The notes: generated by a model not told the origin, from the sequence alone. Positions 31,508-41,223 are shown, numbered from the stretch's first letter. The stretch is DNA of 64,000 nucleotides from Candidatus Eiseniibacteriota bacterium (GCA_041946735.1 JBHGAY010000003.1:32001-96000), one strand, 5' to 3'. Program-made: numbers and translations.

Positions 31508-32877
31508 CGGGTCGTCGTCTCCCGTGCGCGGGCGTCGTCGCCGTCACCGGCGCCCGCTCCGCTCCGTCCGGATCGCTGTCCTGCGGCCTCTTCAAGCGAA
31601 GACCGGACCGCTACGCGCGCGCCCGGCACGAGGCGAAGCTGCCCGTCTGTGACGACGGTCGCGCCGGGCAGGACGCCCTCGGCGATCACCGCCTGCTCCG
31701 CGCTGCGCGCCGCGACGCGCACCGGCTGCATCACGGCCTTCTGGTCCGCCCCAACGACATAGACGAACTCCCCGTCCTGCCCGGTCTGCACGGCTGTTTC
31801 GGGCACGACGACCGCCTGCTTCAGCGTCGAGAGGACGAGGTTCACGTCGACGAACTGGCCGGGCCAGAGTGCGTCGGGCTCGTTGGGAAACTCGGCTTTG
31901 AGCAGCACAGTCCCGCTGCCGCGGTCGACCTGGTTGTCGACGAAGACGAGCCGTCCGAGGGACCCCGCCGCCGTCGTTCCGGGCGGCTTCGCCTCCACCG
32001 GAATCGGCGCCGCCTCGCGCCACCGGGCTTGCAGCTCCGGCAAGCGCGATTCGGGGACGGAGAAGACGACGTGGATGGGATCGAGCTGGTGGATCACGAC
32101 GAGCGGATCGGCGTCATTCGCTCGGACGAGGTTTCCTTCCTGGATCGCGAGGCTGCCCGTTCTGCCGCTGATCGGAGCGCGGATCGAGCAGTATTCGAGG
32201 TTGAGCCGAGCCGTCTCGACTTCGGCATCGAGCGACTGGACGGACGCGCTCTCCGCCGCCGCCGCCGCCATCGCCTGTTCGTACTGCTGCCGCGTCACGA
32301 AGTCATTGGCGATCAGCTCCTGGGCGCGGCGCGCGTCGGCGGCCGCCGTTCGCAGGCGCGCCTGCCCGCGAGCGAGGTCGGCCTCGGCGGCGCGCAACGC
32401 CGCCTCGAACGGCCGTCGGTCGATCGTGAAGAGAGGATCTCCTTTGCGGACGGTCTGCCCCTCAGCGAAATGGACCGCCGTCAGCTCCCCCGTCACCCGG
32501 GCGCGCACCTCGACCGATCGCACCGGGGCTACCTTGCCGATCGCGGAGACCCGGATCGGAAAGTCCTCGGTTACGGCGGTAGCGGCGAGAACGGGGACCG
32601 CCTCGCCTCCTGCGCCTCGCTTGCTCGGCTCCTTCGCTCCCCCCGAATCCGAGCAGCCGGAGATCAGGACAGCTGAGGCGAGCGTGGAGATCAGGACAAT
32701 CGGGGGGAGCGCGAGGACGGTCGTGAGAAGCGCCAGAAACGCCCCCACCGCTCGTTGCCACGGTCGCAGGGAAGCTCCGCAAACTCGACGAAGCACACCG
32801 GGGAGGAATCCCCCCGGAGCGAGCGACGATCGCAAGCTCCGCTGGAAGTCGTCACGATTCCGCATGCGCCTCTCCAC
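31504..32877 (-). CDS. RND periplasmic adaptor (MdtA-like)
   Basis: VEVRARVTGEL, IRAPISGRTG, FVDNQVD..SGT, LWPGQFV; possible lipobox LISGC; start uncertain. Confidence 0.9.
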   Translation of the reverse strand: MERRMRNRDDFQRSLRSSLAPGGFLPGVLRRVCGASLRPWQRAVGAFLALLTTVLALPPIVLISTLASAVLISGCSDSGGAKEPSKRGAGGEAVPVLAATAVTEDFPIRVSAIGKVAPVRSVEVRARVTGELTAVHFAEGQTVRKGDPLFTIDRRPFEAALRAAEADLARGQARLRTAAADARRAQELIANDFVTRQQYEQAMAAAAAESASVQSLDAEVETARLNLEYCSIRAPISGRTGSLAIQEGNLVRANDADPLVVIHQLDPIHVVFSVPESRLPELQARWREAAPIPVEAKPPGTTAAGSLGRLVFVDNQVDRGSGTVLLKAEFPNEPDALWPGQFVDVNLVLSTLKQAVVVPETAVQTGQDGEFVYVVGADQKAVMQPVRVAARSAEQAVIAEGVLPGATVVTDGQLRLVPGARVAVRSSLEEAAGQRSGRSGAGAGDGDDARARETTTR

Positions 32878-32966
32878 GCCCTCCCCTCATTGTGGTTCCC
32901 GGCCGGCAAGGTGTCCGCCGACTGTAGCACGCCGAGGCCCGCCGTCCGGCCGTACGGCTCCGGCTG

Positions 32967-34037
32967 TCAGACGCTGAATCTGACGTGAAGGATGTCGCCG
33001 TCCTGCACCGGATAGTCCTTCCCCTCGAGGCGCAGGACCCCTTTCTTCTTCGCCTCGTTCAGCGAGCCGGTCTCGAGCAGCGTCGAGCAATGGATCACCT
33101 CGCCTCGGATGAAACCGCGCTCGAGATCGCTGTGGATGACGCCGGCTGCGCGCCTCGCCGGGGTGTCGCGCCGGACGGTCCAGCCACGCACCTCGTCCTC
33201 GCCCACCGTGAAGAAGGTGACGAGATCGAGGCCCGCGTACGCGGCGCGCAGGAACCGGTGGAGTACAGGCTCGTCGAGGTGGTAGGCGGCGAGGAGCTCG
33301 GTTCGATCGTCCGCGGGAAGCTGCGCGATCTCGTGTTCCACGGCTGCGGAGAGGACGAAGAGCGGCCATCCGCGCTCGCCGCAAAAGCTGCGCAAGGCCC
33401 GCGCCGCGGCGCTCCGTTCGCCTTCCGCGAGGTCGGATTCCGCGAGATTGGCGACGACGAGCACCGGCTTTCCGGTCAACAGGCCGTACTGGCGCACCAG
33501 CCTCTCCGCCTCCTCGTCGAGCGGGAGGCCGCGGATTCCCGCGCCGTTCTCGAGGTGCGGCTGCAGCATCCGGAGGAAGGTGTAGCGCCGCTGCGCGTCG
33601 GGGTTCTGCTTGCTCTTCGCGGCCATCTCGACCCCTTCGATCCCTTTCTCGACGACCGCGTAGTCGGCGAAGACGAGCTCGTCCCACACCTCTCGCAGCG
33701 ACCCGACCGCGTGCTCGCTCGAGCTGTCGTGGAACAGGTCGAGGACGACGGCCAGGCCGTCCGCCTTGCGCACTTCGCCGAACGCCGCCGTGCGGAGCTT
33801 GGGGTCGGTGAGCCGATCGAAGCCGGGGACGTCGAGGACCTCGATCGTCACCGGCGTCTGCTTGCGCGGGCGGAACAGCTCGACCAGCTCCTGGAAGCGA
33901 CGGTCGGGGACCGCGACGACGGTGCGGTCGGCCGTGAAATTCTGCCGGAGCGGCGCGCGGGTCGGCGCGCCGCCGAGCAACTCGAAGAGGGTGCTCTTGC
34001 CGCTTCCGATTCCTCCGATCAGGGCGATGCTGGGCAT
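32967..34037 (-). CDS. ychF: YchF/Obg-family ATPase with C-terminal TGS (DUF933) domain, divergent
   Basis: GSGKSTLF, VPDRR, DVPG, LLTGKPVLVVAN, FFTVGEDEVRGW, AAGVIHSDLERGFIR, EGKDYPVQDGD. Confidence 0.8.
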   Translation of the reverse strand: MPSIALIGGIGSGKSTLFELLGGAPTRAPLRQNFTADRTVVAVPDRRFQELVELFRPRKQTPVTIEVLDVPGFDRLTDPKLRTAAFGEVRKADGLAVVLDLFHDSSSEHAVGSLREVWDELVFADYAVVEKGIEGVEMAAKSKQNPDAQRRYTFLRMLQPHLENGAGIRGLPLDEEAERLVRQYGLLTGKPVLVVANLAESDLAEGERSAAARALRSFCGERGWPLFVLSAAVEHEIAQLPADDRTELLAAYHLDEPVLHRFLRAAYAGLDLVTFFTVGEDEVRGWTVRRDTPARRAAGVIHSDLERGFIRGEVIHCSTLLETGSLNEAKKKGVLRLEGKDYPVQDGDILHVRFSV

Positions 34038-34283
34038 GGAGATTCCTCCCGGGCGGCGCATTTCGTGGCGGCGGGACCGCAGCTACGGCCGCGCGGTCGC
34101 GGCTGGCTCGCGCTCGCTTCTCTTCCTCGGACTTCGCTGGTTTCGTACGGGTCAAAGGGGAAAGGGTACCGCACGCGGCCGCGAAGCGACATCTCGGATT
34201 CCGGCCGGTCTTCCACGGCGACGGCGGATGCGGAGAAAGCACGGGCGCGCGAGGCCGTGTTCGCGACTGTTCGCTCCGATGGA

Positions 34284-34312
34284 TTGACACCGCCGGGACC
34301 CGCCCGTAGAGT
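34284..34312 (+). promoter_or_regulatory. sigma70 promoter upstream of the cobalamin riboswitch
   Basis: TTGACA-N17-TAGAGT. Confidence 0.75.
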
Positions 34313-34349
34313 GCGGCCTCGTCCGAGACAACCGATCGACAAGACCTGG

Positions 34350-34516
34350 GGCTTCCTGTTCCGGCGGAGTTTCGCCGCCGGTCGGGGAAAACGGTCGAAC
34401 GCCGTTGCGGGCCCGCCGCTGTAGTCGGGGACCGCCCTCGCGAGACGCCACTGGCGAAGAGCTGGGAAGGCGCGGGGAGCGGGACGATCCGAGAGCCAGA
34501 ACACCCGCAGGAAGCC
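34350..34516 (+). ncRNA. Cobalamin (B12) riboswitch
   Basis: GGGGAAAACGGTCGAACGCCGTTGCGGGCCCGCCGCTGTA core, GCCACTG...GGGAAGG, B12 box AGCCAGAA; P1 GGCTTCCTG/CAGGAAGCC; precedes a TonB receptor. Confidence 0.9.
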
Positions 34517-34752
34517 TCTCACGACCCTTCCGGTCCGGGCGCGGCCGGGGAGCGGCTTCCCCCTCCTCCTGCCCACCCCTCCGGATCGGTCACGGCGAAT
34601 CCTCTCGTGGAGTGGAGGTCCCGTTGGCCCGAAACGTCTCTCTGCCCTCCCGGCGGTTGCGGCTGTCGCTGTCGCTGCGGCCGTGGCTCTCTTTACGACT
34701 GCGGCTCTCTCCGTGGCTGCGGCTCCTCAGGCCGTTGGCCGCTGTCGAGCGG

Positions 34753-36993
34753 ATGTGGAGCGTGGCCGCCCGGCGCGCTTGCCTGCTTTGCGTCGCAGCG
34801 TCCGTCCCCGCCGCTGCGTTCGCGTCTCCGCCCGGTACCGGCGCATCCTCCGCGGCCGCATCCCCCCGGCCCGCGCCGACGGCCCAGTCCGTCTCGGTCG
34901 ACACGATCCAGGTGGTCGCGACGCGCCCGTTCCCGGAGGACCGCCTCGTCCTCTCACGAGGTTCCGCGCAATCGATCCCGCTCGGGGACCGGGCCGGAGA
35001 GGCTCGCGATCTCGGCGATCTGCTCGATCGTGCGACGGGAGTATCGGTCCGCCGCCTGGGAGGCCTCGGCGCGCTCACGCTCGCTTCGATCCGCGGGAGC
35101 AGCCCCTCGCAGGTCGTCGTCACGATCGACGGCGTTCCTCTCGCCACCGCGCCCGAGGCGGCCGTGAACCTCGCGCTCCTGCCCGCGTCGCTTTTCGAGC
35201 GGGCGGAAATCGCGCGTGGACCTGCCTCGGACGCCAGCGGAGCGGCCGCTGCGGGAACGATCCATCTGTTCTCCCCGGACCGGCTGGATCCGCCTCCACG
35301 GATCCGCTTGATGGCCGGATCATTCGGCACCTTCGCCCTCTCCGGTCTCGGAGGGATCGGGAGAGGTCCGGTCTCGCTCCTCGCCTCGGCGGGCACGACG
35401 AAGAGCGATGGCGACTACCCGTACAGGAACCGGTCGGGGACTCCTTGGCAGCCCGGGGACGACGTTACCGAACGACGCGCGAACAATCGCTTTCGCCAGG
35501 ATGACCTGCTGTTGCGTGGACGCGTTTCGATCGGGCCTTCCGCGCGCGTCGACTACATGGGGCAGCGATTGTTCAAGGACGCCGGGATCCCCGGCACCGA
35601 GCAGCTCCAGACCTTACACATTCATGATCGCTTCGAACGATGGATCCACTCGCTCCGGCTTGCCTTCGAGGACGGACGGGCGGCGGGGCGCGCGGCTCCG
35701 GCGGGCGGCGCCGTTGCGGCTTCCTCCAAGCCCGTGATGCCGGCGATCGCCTGGGGCGCGCGGATCGGCGTTCGCCGGCAGGAGGACTCCGATCGCTATC
35801 GAAATCCGCAAGGGGAAGCGGGCCTCCCAGTCGCGGATCAGAAGACGTCGCTGCGGTCGGACCGGATCGACCTCGAACTCGACCTCCCGCTCGCGACGCG
35901 CAACGGCCTGCATGCGCGGACCGCATTCGAGCGGGAACGATGGCGCCCGGAGGACAGGCTTCGCGGGACGAGCGGGCCGGCCCGCCGGCGGACCACCGCA
36001 AGCGCCGGCCTCGCGGCGGAGCGGGTTCAAGAGGCAGGACGCATCGGGAGCATCGAAGCGCGGGCCGAAGGGCGCGCGAGCCGGATCGTGAATCGGCTCG
36101 CCGCAGCCGCGACGGACGGCTCCGCCAAAGGCGCGGCTGGCGGGGCAGTCGCCGGATCCCTCGAGTCGCGCGACACCTACCTGTCCGGCGATCTGGCGGT
36201 CGCGTGGCAGACGTCCCCCGGAGTCCGCTTGCGGCTCGCCCACGGAAGCTTCGTCCGCCCGCCGTCCTTCGCCGAGCTGTTCGGCGCGACCGGGGTGCAG
36301 GTGGGCAATCCCGGCCTCACGGCGGAGCACGGAAGCTCGAGCGACCTCGGCCTCGTGCTCGAGGGCCGCCTTCCTTTGGCGCGCGATTGGCAGGCGCGCT
36401 TCGAGGCGACCGCGTTCCGCTCGAGCACGTGCGACGCGATCGTGTGGTTGCAGAACAGCCAGAGGACGACCCGCGCCGAGAACCTGGAGAGGACGGAGAC
36501 GCGCGGGCTGGAGGTCGTGTTGCGAGCTTTGCGTCCGGTGCGCGCCCCCTTGCCCCTCCGTCCTTCCCTCGAGTGGATCGGGACGCTGACCTGGCAGGAT
36601 GCGCGCGACGCCGGCCCGAACCCCGCCTATCACGGGAAGCGCCTTCCGCACCTGCCCGCCCTCGAGGCGTCGATCGAGGGGCGCATCGATGCGGGGCGCT
36701 TCGCGCTCGCCCCGGTCGTCGACTTCGAATCGTCCCTGTTTCGCGATCGCTACAACAGCCCTGGGAAACGGCGCGGCGCGCTCGCGCGGGTCGACCTCGA
36801 GGCGACGGTGCGCGTGGCCGGTGGGAGGGGATCGGTCGGCGTGGGCGCACGCAATCTGATGGACCGGCGGACGCAGGATCTCGATGGCTTTCCGCTTCCC
36901 GGCCGCTCCGTCTATGTGGAGATGACCTGGGAAATGGCACGCAGCGCTCGCGACGGCGGCGCAGACGGACGGCAACCGGCTCGGGAGAGGTGA
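34753..36993 (+). CDS. TonB-dependent receptor, probable cobalamin uptake (BtuB-like)
   Basis: TonB-box-like DTIQVVA, plug ASIRGS..QVVVTIDGVPL, RPPSFAELFG, GNPGL.AE, C-terminal GFPLPGRSVY; under a B12 riboswitch; start uncertain. Confidence 0.85.
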   Translation: MWSVAARRACLLCVAASVPAAAFASPPGTGASSAAASPRPAPTAQSVSVDTIQVVATRPFPEDRLVLSRGSAQSIPLGDRAGEARDLGDLLDRATGVSVRRLGGLGALTLASIRGSSPSQVVVTIDGVPLATAPEAAVNLALLPASLFERAEIARGPASDASGAAAAGTIHLFSPDRLDPPPRIRLMAGSFGTFALSGLGGIGRGPVSLLASAGTTKSDGDYPYRNRSGTPWQPGDDVTERRANNRFRQDDLLLRGRVSIGPSARVDYMGQRLFKDAGIPGTEQLQTLHIHDRFERWIHSLRLAFEDGRAAGRAAPAGGAVAASSKPVMPAIAWGARIGVRRQEDSDRYRNPQGEAGLPVADQKTSLRSDRIDLELDLPLATRNGLHARTAFERERWRPEDRLRGTSGPARRRTTASAGLAAERVQEAGRIGSIEARAEGRASRIVNRLAAAATDGSAKGAAGGAVAGSLESRDTYLSGDLAVAWQTSPGVRLRLAHGSFVRPPSFAELFGATGVQVGNPGLTAEHGSSSDLGLVLEGRLPLARDWQARFEATAFRSSTCDAIVWLQNSQRTTRAENLERTETRGLEVVLRALRPVRAPLPLRPSLEWIGTLTWQDARDAGPNPAYHGKRLPHLPALEASIEGRIDAGRFALAPVVDFESSLFRDRYNSPGKRRGALARVDLEATVRVAGGRGSVGVGARNLMDRRTQDLDGFPLPGRSVYVEMTWEMARSARDGGADGRQPARER

Positions 36994-37023
36994 GGCAAAG
37001 GTGAGGCAAAGGTGAGGCAAAGG
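36988..37023 (+). repeat. 3x perfect 11 bp tandem repeat spanning the stop codon
   Basis: (AGGTGAGGCAA)x3 + AGG; the first unit contains the receptor TGA. Confidence 0.9.
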
Positions 37024-37038
37024 AGAAGCGAGGTGAGG

Positions 37039-38271
37039 ATGCGACAGGAGGGTTTCAAGAGTGGGCCAGGACGATGGCCGGCGATCCTGGCGATCCTGAC
37101 GGCGGCCGCGGCCGTCCTGGCTGCGGCCGGGTGCTCGGACGATTCGGAGAACCCCGCCGGGCCGTCGGGCGGGAACGAGTGCGGCGAGATCCTCGCGGTG
37201 ACGACCGACTACGCCACCGGGTCACTCGCCGTCGTCTCGGGCGATTCGACCGCCGACGTCGCGAAGGACGTTGCCGCAGTGCACGCCGACGCGGTCGCCC
37301 GCGTGCATGACGGTCTGGTCTGGATCGTGAATCGTCTCGGCGCGGACAACATCCAGGTGCTCGACCCGGCCGCCGGATTCTCCACGATCCGCCAGTTCTC
37401 GACCGGGGCCGGGACGAACCCGCGCGATATCGCCTTCGGCGAGGCGGCCGATCGAGCCTACGTCAGCCGCGCGCTGTCGGCCTCCCTCCTCGAGATCGAT
37501 CCGCGAAGCGGCGCTCACGTCCGCGAGATCGCTCTTGACGTCTATGCCGACGCCGACCGCATTCCCGACATGGACCGGCTTCTCTACGTCGCGCCCCGCA
37601 TCTACGTCGCCCTGCAGAGGATCGACTTCGGGGGAGGCACCTACCTGCCGGTCGCCCCGTCGATGATCGCTGTCTACGACACCGAGGCGGACTCGCTGGT
37701 CGACTTCGATCCCGCGCTCGCCGGAAGCCAGGCGATCCTTCTGCAGGGATTGAACCCCACGGCACCAATGATCTGGAATGCGCGGCGCGGCGAGATCCTG
37801 GTCCCCGAATCCGGAGTCTATGGAGTGAACGATGCGGGCATCGAACGCGTCGATCCCGTTGCCGGACGTTCTCTCGGATGGATGCTGCGGGAGGAAGCTC
37901 TTGGAGGCGATCTGATCGACTTCGTTCTGAGCGAGGCGAATGGGGGGACCGTGGGGATCGAGGGGAGCGAGAGAGGCTTCGCAACCGCGAGCTTCCCAAC
38001 GGCCACGGGATTCGGGACGCGTCTCGTCGCATTCGATCCCTCGACCGGAGCGGTCACCGACACTCTCTATTCGTCGGACGCCTACGACCTCGCGGATCTC
38101 GTGCTCAGCCGCTGCGGGATCCTATTCGTATGTGACCGCGCCTACGGGAGCTCGGGCTTGCGCGCCTTTCGCGCGGAAGACGGCTCGCCGCTATCGATCG
38201 GCACCGGTGCGGGAGGAACGATCTCGACGGGGCTCCCTCCCTTCGAGCTGGTCCGTCTGGACGACGAGTGA
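37039..38271 (+). CDS. YncE-like beta-propeller lipoprotein, probable B12-capture partner
   Basis: Lipobox LAAAGC, IVNRLGADNIQVLDP, QFSTG.GTNPRDI, AYVSR; directly follows the receptor. Confidence 0.7.
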   Translation: MRQEGFKSGPGRWPAILAILTAAAAVLAAAGCSDDSENPAGPSGGNECGEILAVTTDYATGSLAVVSGDSTADVAKDVAAVHADAVARVHDGLVWIVNRLGADNIQVLDPAAGFSTIRQFSTGAGTNPRDIAFGEAADRAYVSRALSASLLEIDPRSGAHVREIALDVYADADRIPDMDRLLYVAPRIYVALQRIDFGGGTYLPVAPSMIAVYDTEADSLVDFDPALAGSQAILLQGLNPTAPMIWNARRGEILVPESGVYGVNDAGIERVDPVAGRSLGWMLREEALGGDLIDFVLSEANGGTVGIEGSERGFATASFPTATGFGTRLVAFDPSTGAVTDTLYSSDAYDLADLVLSRCGILFVCDRAYGSSGLRAFRAEDGSPLSIGTGAGGTISTGLPPFELVRLDDE

Positions 38272-38333
38272 ACGAGTAAACGGGTACACGAGAGCCGTCG
38301 AGAAGGAAGCTGGACGGCCGACAGGACCGCGGC

Positions 38334-39326
38334 TTACGTTGCAGGCGGGGGCGCCGGATCCTCCACGGAGGTCATCTCCTCCGGCGTGTACTGCTTGGGC
38401 GGCGGCATCGGGGCCTCGTAGGGACGGTCGGCCGAGATCAACCTCGCGCGCACGATGAAGCGGCTGGGCGCGTGCCCCACGTAGAAGAACGGATAGCAGG
38501 TGACCAGGGTGAGCGTCGCGCCGCCCTCCGAAGCGAGAACGTCCCCGCGGTCCGGATCGACGATCTCCGTCGACTCCACTCGATAGTGGAAGTCTCCATC
38601 CGGCGTCGTCAGCGTGAGAGAGTCGTCGGCACAGACATCCTTCAGTCCTCGAAAGAATGAGTCGCGATGACCCGCCAGGCCGACGTTGCCCTCCTCTCCC
38701 GGGAATGCCGTACCGGGAACGTGGCCGACCGCTCGACGCAGCGTCCGCTTGTCGATCCCCTCGGCGATGATCGCGGAGATGCCGAGCCGGGGAGCGGCGA
38801 TTCGTCCGATCACACCGCCCGCATCGGCCGCCGCTCGCGCCGCATCGGCCGGTCCTACGCGGACGGCGGACGCGCTCGGGCCCTCGCCCGCCGCGGCGAA
38901 CCGCGCGGCAATCGCTCGCTCGAGCGCGGCCGACTGCTGGTGCTGGTAGAGACGGGTGTCGAGGGTCGCGAGGGCCCATAGGCCGACCAGCACGCAGCCG
39001 CCGACGAAGAGCAGCCACGACGCGGCGAGGTAGAGGAATCGGCGGTCCAGGGTGCGGCCGCGGAGCGGCAGCATCGCGAGGAGTGGGTTCCGCGGGGTTC
39101 CGTTCCGCGGGTCTGCGTTCCGCCGGCTCTGGTCGACGGATCCTTCGTCCCCGCGGCTTTCGTTCGGGGGGTCCGAAGCGATGAGGTCTTGCACGGTCAC
39201 GTTCTCGGTCTCGGTCTGCGCGCGCGAATCAGCGATCCGCGCGCCGATGGCGATGCGAGGATCGCTCGAGTCACGGACCTGAACGCTTTCACATTCGTTC
39301 CTACGGTCGTTGTTGTCGCCTTCCAT
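38334..39326 (-). CDS. Sortase (class D-like)
   Basis: TM anchor, L.RAVGHVPGTAFPGEEGNVGLAGHRDSFF, catalytic TLVTCYPF, downstream R (APSRF); start uncertain. Confidence 0.92.
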   Translation of the reverse strand: MEGDNNDRRNECESVQVRDSSDPRIAIGARIADSRAQTETENVTVQDLIASDPPNESRGDEGSVDQSRRNADPRNGTPRNPLLAMLPLRGRTLDRRFLYLAASWLLFVGGCVLVGLWALATLDTRLYQHQQSAALERAIAARFAAAGEGPSASAVRVGPADAARAAADAGGVIGRIAAPRLGISAIIAEGIDKRTLRRAVGHVPGTAFPGEEGNVGLAGHRDSFFRGLKDVCADDSLTLTTPDGDFHYRVESTEIVDPDRGDVLASEGGATLTLVTCYPFFYVGHAPSRFIVRARLISADRPYEAPMPPPKQYTPEEMTSVEDPAPPPAT

Positions 39327-39454
39327 GGCAGACCCCTTCGCTTTCGGTGTCCCCGTCCCGCGTTTTCCCCGGAAGCCCGACGCTTGGGGCGAACGGCTCG
39401 GCTGCGACCCTTATCTATCTACACTCACCATTGCCTACTACCTACCCGGGAACC

Positions 39455-39490
39455 CCGCTCGGGACCCACGAGTCTGCGGGTCCCGAGCGG
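39455..39490. terminator. 13 bp stem-loop between the LPGTA protein gene and the sortase gene
   Basis: CCGCTCGGGACCC-N10-GGGTCCCGAGCGG. Confidence 0.45.
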
Positions 39491-39630
39491 CCGGGATGAG
39501 CTGCGTCCGTTGGCAGCTTCTCCGTCGCGAAGTTCGAAAGACCGCGCGCGCAGCTCGCGCCGCGATCAATTCGGATCGAGCGGGCTTCGTCAAACGCCGC
39601 TCGCGGAGTGCCGCTCGCGCGCCTGCTGCT

Positions 39631-40011
39631 CTACTGCTGCTGAAGCGCGAAGCGCCGGCGCAGGCCGTAGGCCACGGCGAGGGTCGCGAGACCCGACAGG
39701 CCGACCAGAGGAAGAGGACTCGCCGTCCCTGGCAGGTTCTCGTTCGCGGTGGTCTGGTTACCGTACTGGTCGGTCGTCGTCGTGGTGGTGGTGGTCGTCG
39801 TCTGGTTGTCCATCGTGCCGTTGTTGTCGTAGGTCTGGGTCGTGCCCGTCGTGCCCGTGGTGCCCGTCGTGCCCGTGGTGCCAGTCGTTCCCGTGTTGTT
39901 GTCGTAGGTGCCTGTGTTCGTGTCGTTGTCGTTGGTCGTCTGGCCGTACGCGACGACGCCGGAGAACGCGAGCGCCGCGACGATCGCGAATGTCATCAGA
40001 AACCGCTTCAT
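39631..40011 (-). CDS. Small Thr/Asn/Gly-rich secreted protein with LPxTA sorting signal
   Basis: Signal MKRFLMTFAIVAALAFSGVVAYG, (TTG)n and poly-Thr, then LPGTASPLPLVGLSGLATLAVAYGL-RRR. Confidence 0.85.
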   Translation of the reverse strand: MKRFLMTFAIVAALAFSGVVAYGQTTNDNDTNTGTYDNNTGTTGTTGTTGTTGTTGTTQTYDNNGTMDNQTTTTTTTTTTDQYGNQTTANENLPGTASPLPLVGLSGLATLAVAYGLRRRFALQQQ

Positions 40012-40132
40012 TGGATTTTTCTCCCCTTCACTAGTGGTGGATTTCCGGACCTTCGTCCATGTCGATATTTCACTTGTTCTGCGTCTTTCGCTTTCTGGAG
40101 ACCTTGGGCGGTCCCAACCCTGGCAGAGCTGG

Positions 40133-40148
40133 AGCAGGAGGTATGCCG
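40133..40148 (-). promoter_or_regulatory. Possible sigma54 promoter for the LPGTA/sortase pair
   Basis: Minus-strand CGGCATACCTCCTGCT, GG-N10-GC spacing, about 120 nt upstream of the ATG. Confidence 0.4.
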
Positions 40149-40384
40149 AAACAGCCCAGAGGCGCAGGACGTTTTGGAGCAGCGCGCGGGGAGGCCGGAA
40201 GAGCTGCTGTATCACGGCATCGCGAAGCGCCGGCGAAGTCGCGTTTGGCGGTCAGCACGAACGCGCGCCTGGGTCACCGCGCGGTCGCGAAGAGGTTCAG
40301 GACTTCCCGGGATGGTAGGAACTTCATTCGGGCAGCGGTCGCGAATTGCGGGAAAGTCACGCGGCCGGGGCGGACGCGAAGCTG

Positions 40385-40457
40385 GCTACGGGCAGGCCCC
40401 CGCGTGCGTGCGAAGGAGAAACTCGCTACGCGCAGGCCCCCGCGTGCGTGCGAAGGA
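40385..40457. repeat. 33 bp direct repeat duplicating the gene 3' end including the stop
   Basis: GCTACG(G/C)GCAGGCCCCCGCGTGCGTGCGAAGGA at 40385-40417 and 40425-40457; 1 mismatch. Confidence 0.9.
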
Positions 40458-41223
40458 TCCGGTGCGCAAGCTCCAGTTCGTCCGCGAGCCGGTTCGCCGG
40501 GCGGTCGGAAGGAGCGAACACGACGAAGAAGACGGCCGTCGTCGACTCGGTCACTGATGTGCGGAGGGAATCCGACGTGGGGTTGCCGAACGGCCCCAGC
40601 GAGTCCACGAGGACCGGGCGCCCGTGCAGATGGACCTCGTCCTTGCGGATGCCGGCGTAGGATTCCCCCTCGAGTCCCGCGCGCAGCAGCACGGGCGGCT
40701 GGATCTTCTCCAGATCGTAGAGCCCAACGGGGAGCAGGAGCGTCAGGGATGCGAGGTTGGCCGCGTCGACGACGGCGCCGACCCGGTAGAGACCTTTGCC
40801 CTGCAGGATGCGGCGCAACAGCGATTCGGACGATGGCCGCGTGCGCGAAGGATCGATGCCGAAGGCGTGGTAGAGCTTCCGAGCGGGCTGGAGCGCCTCG
40901 ATCGCCTCGGACGGCTCGTTCCACAATCTGCGATACCGCTCCTCGAGCGCGCGCAGCTCCCGATCGAGACTCTCCGGACGCTCGCCGTTGCCTACCGGCT
41001 CGAGCGTGAACGATGCGATCCGGATGCGCGCCGCGATGCCGGGGTCGATCGCGAGCGGCAACGTCGGCAAGCTTGCTCTCGATCCGGATGGCCCGGACGT
41101 GCGCCCTCCCTCCGTCCTGTCCAAGTGCCGCTCGCTATCCGGTCCGCCGCTCTCCATCTCCATCTCTGTTCTCTCCGTCTCCTCCGTCCCCTCTGTTCTC
41201 TCCGTCCACTGCATCCTCTCCAT
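40426..41223 (-). CDS. Stand-alone B3/B4 (PheT editing-like) domain protein
   Basis: RKLYHAFGIDPSRTRPSSESLLRR, VDAANLASL..LLPVGLYDL, D..GPFGNPTSDS.RT; true start probably downstream of the low-complexity N-terminus. Confidence 0.85.
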   Translation of the reverse strand: MERMQWTERTEGTEETERTEMEMESGGPDSERHLDRTEGGRTSGPSGSRASLPTLPLAIDPGIAARIRIASFTLEPVGNGERPESLDRELRALEERYRRLWNEPSEAIEALQPARKLYHAFGIDPSRTRPSSESLLRRILQGKGLYRVGAVVDAANLASLTLLLPVGLYDLEKIQPPVLLRAGLEGESYAGIRKDEVHLHGRPVLVDSLGPFGNPTSDSLRTSVTESTTAVFFVVFAPSDRPANRLADELELAHRILRTHAGACA

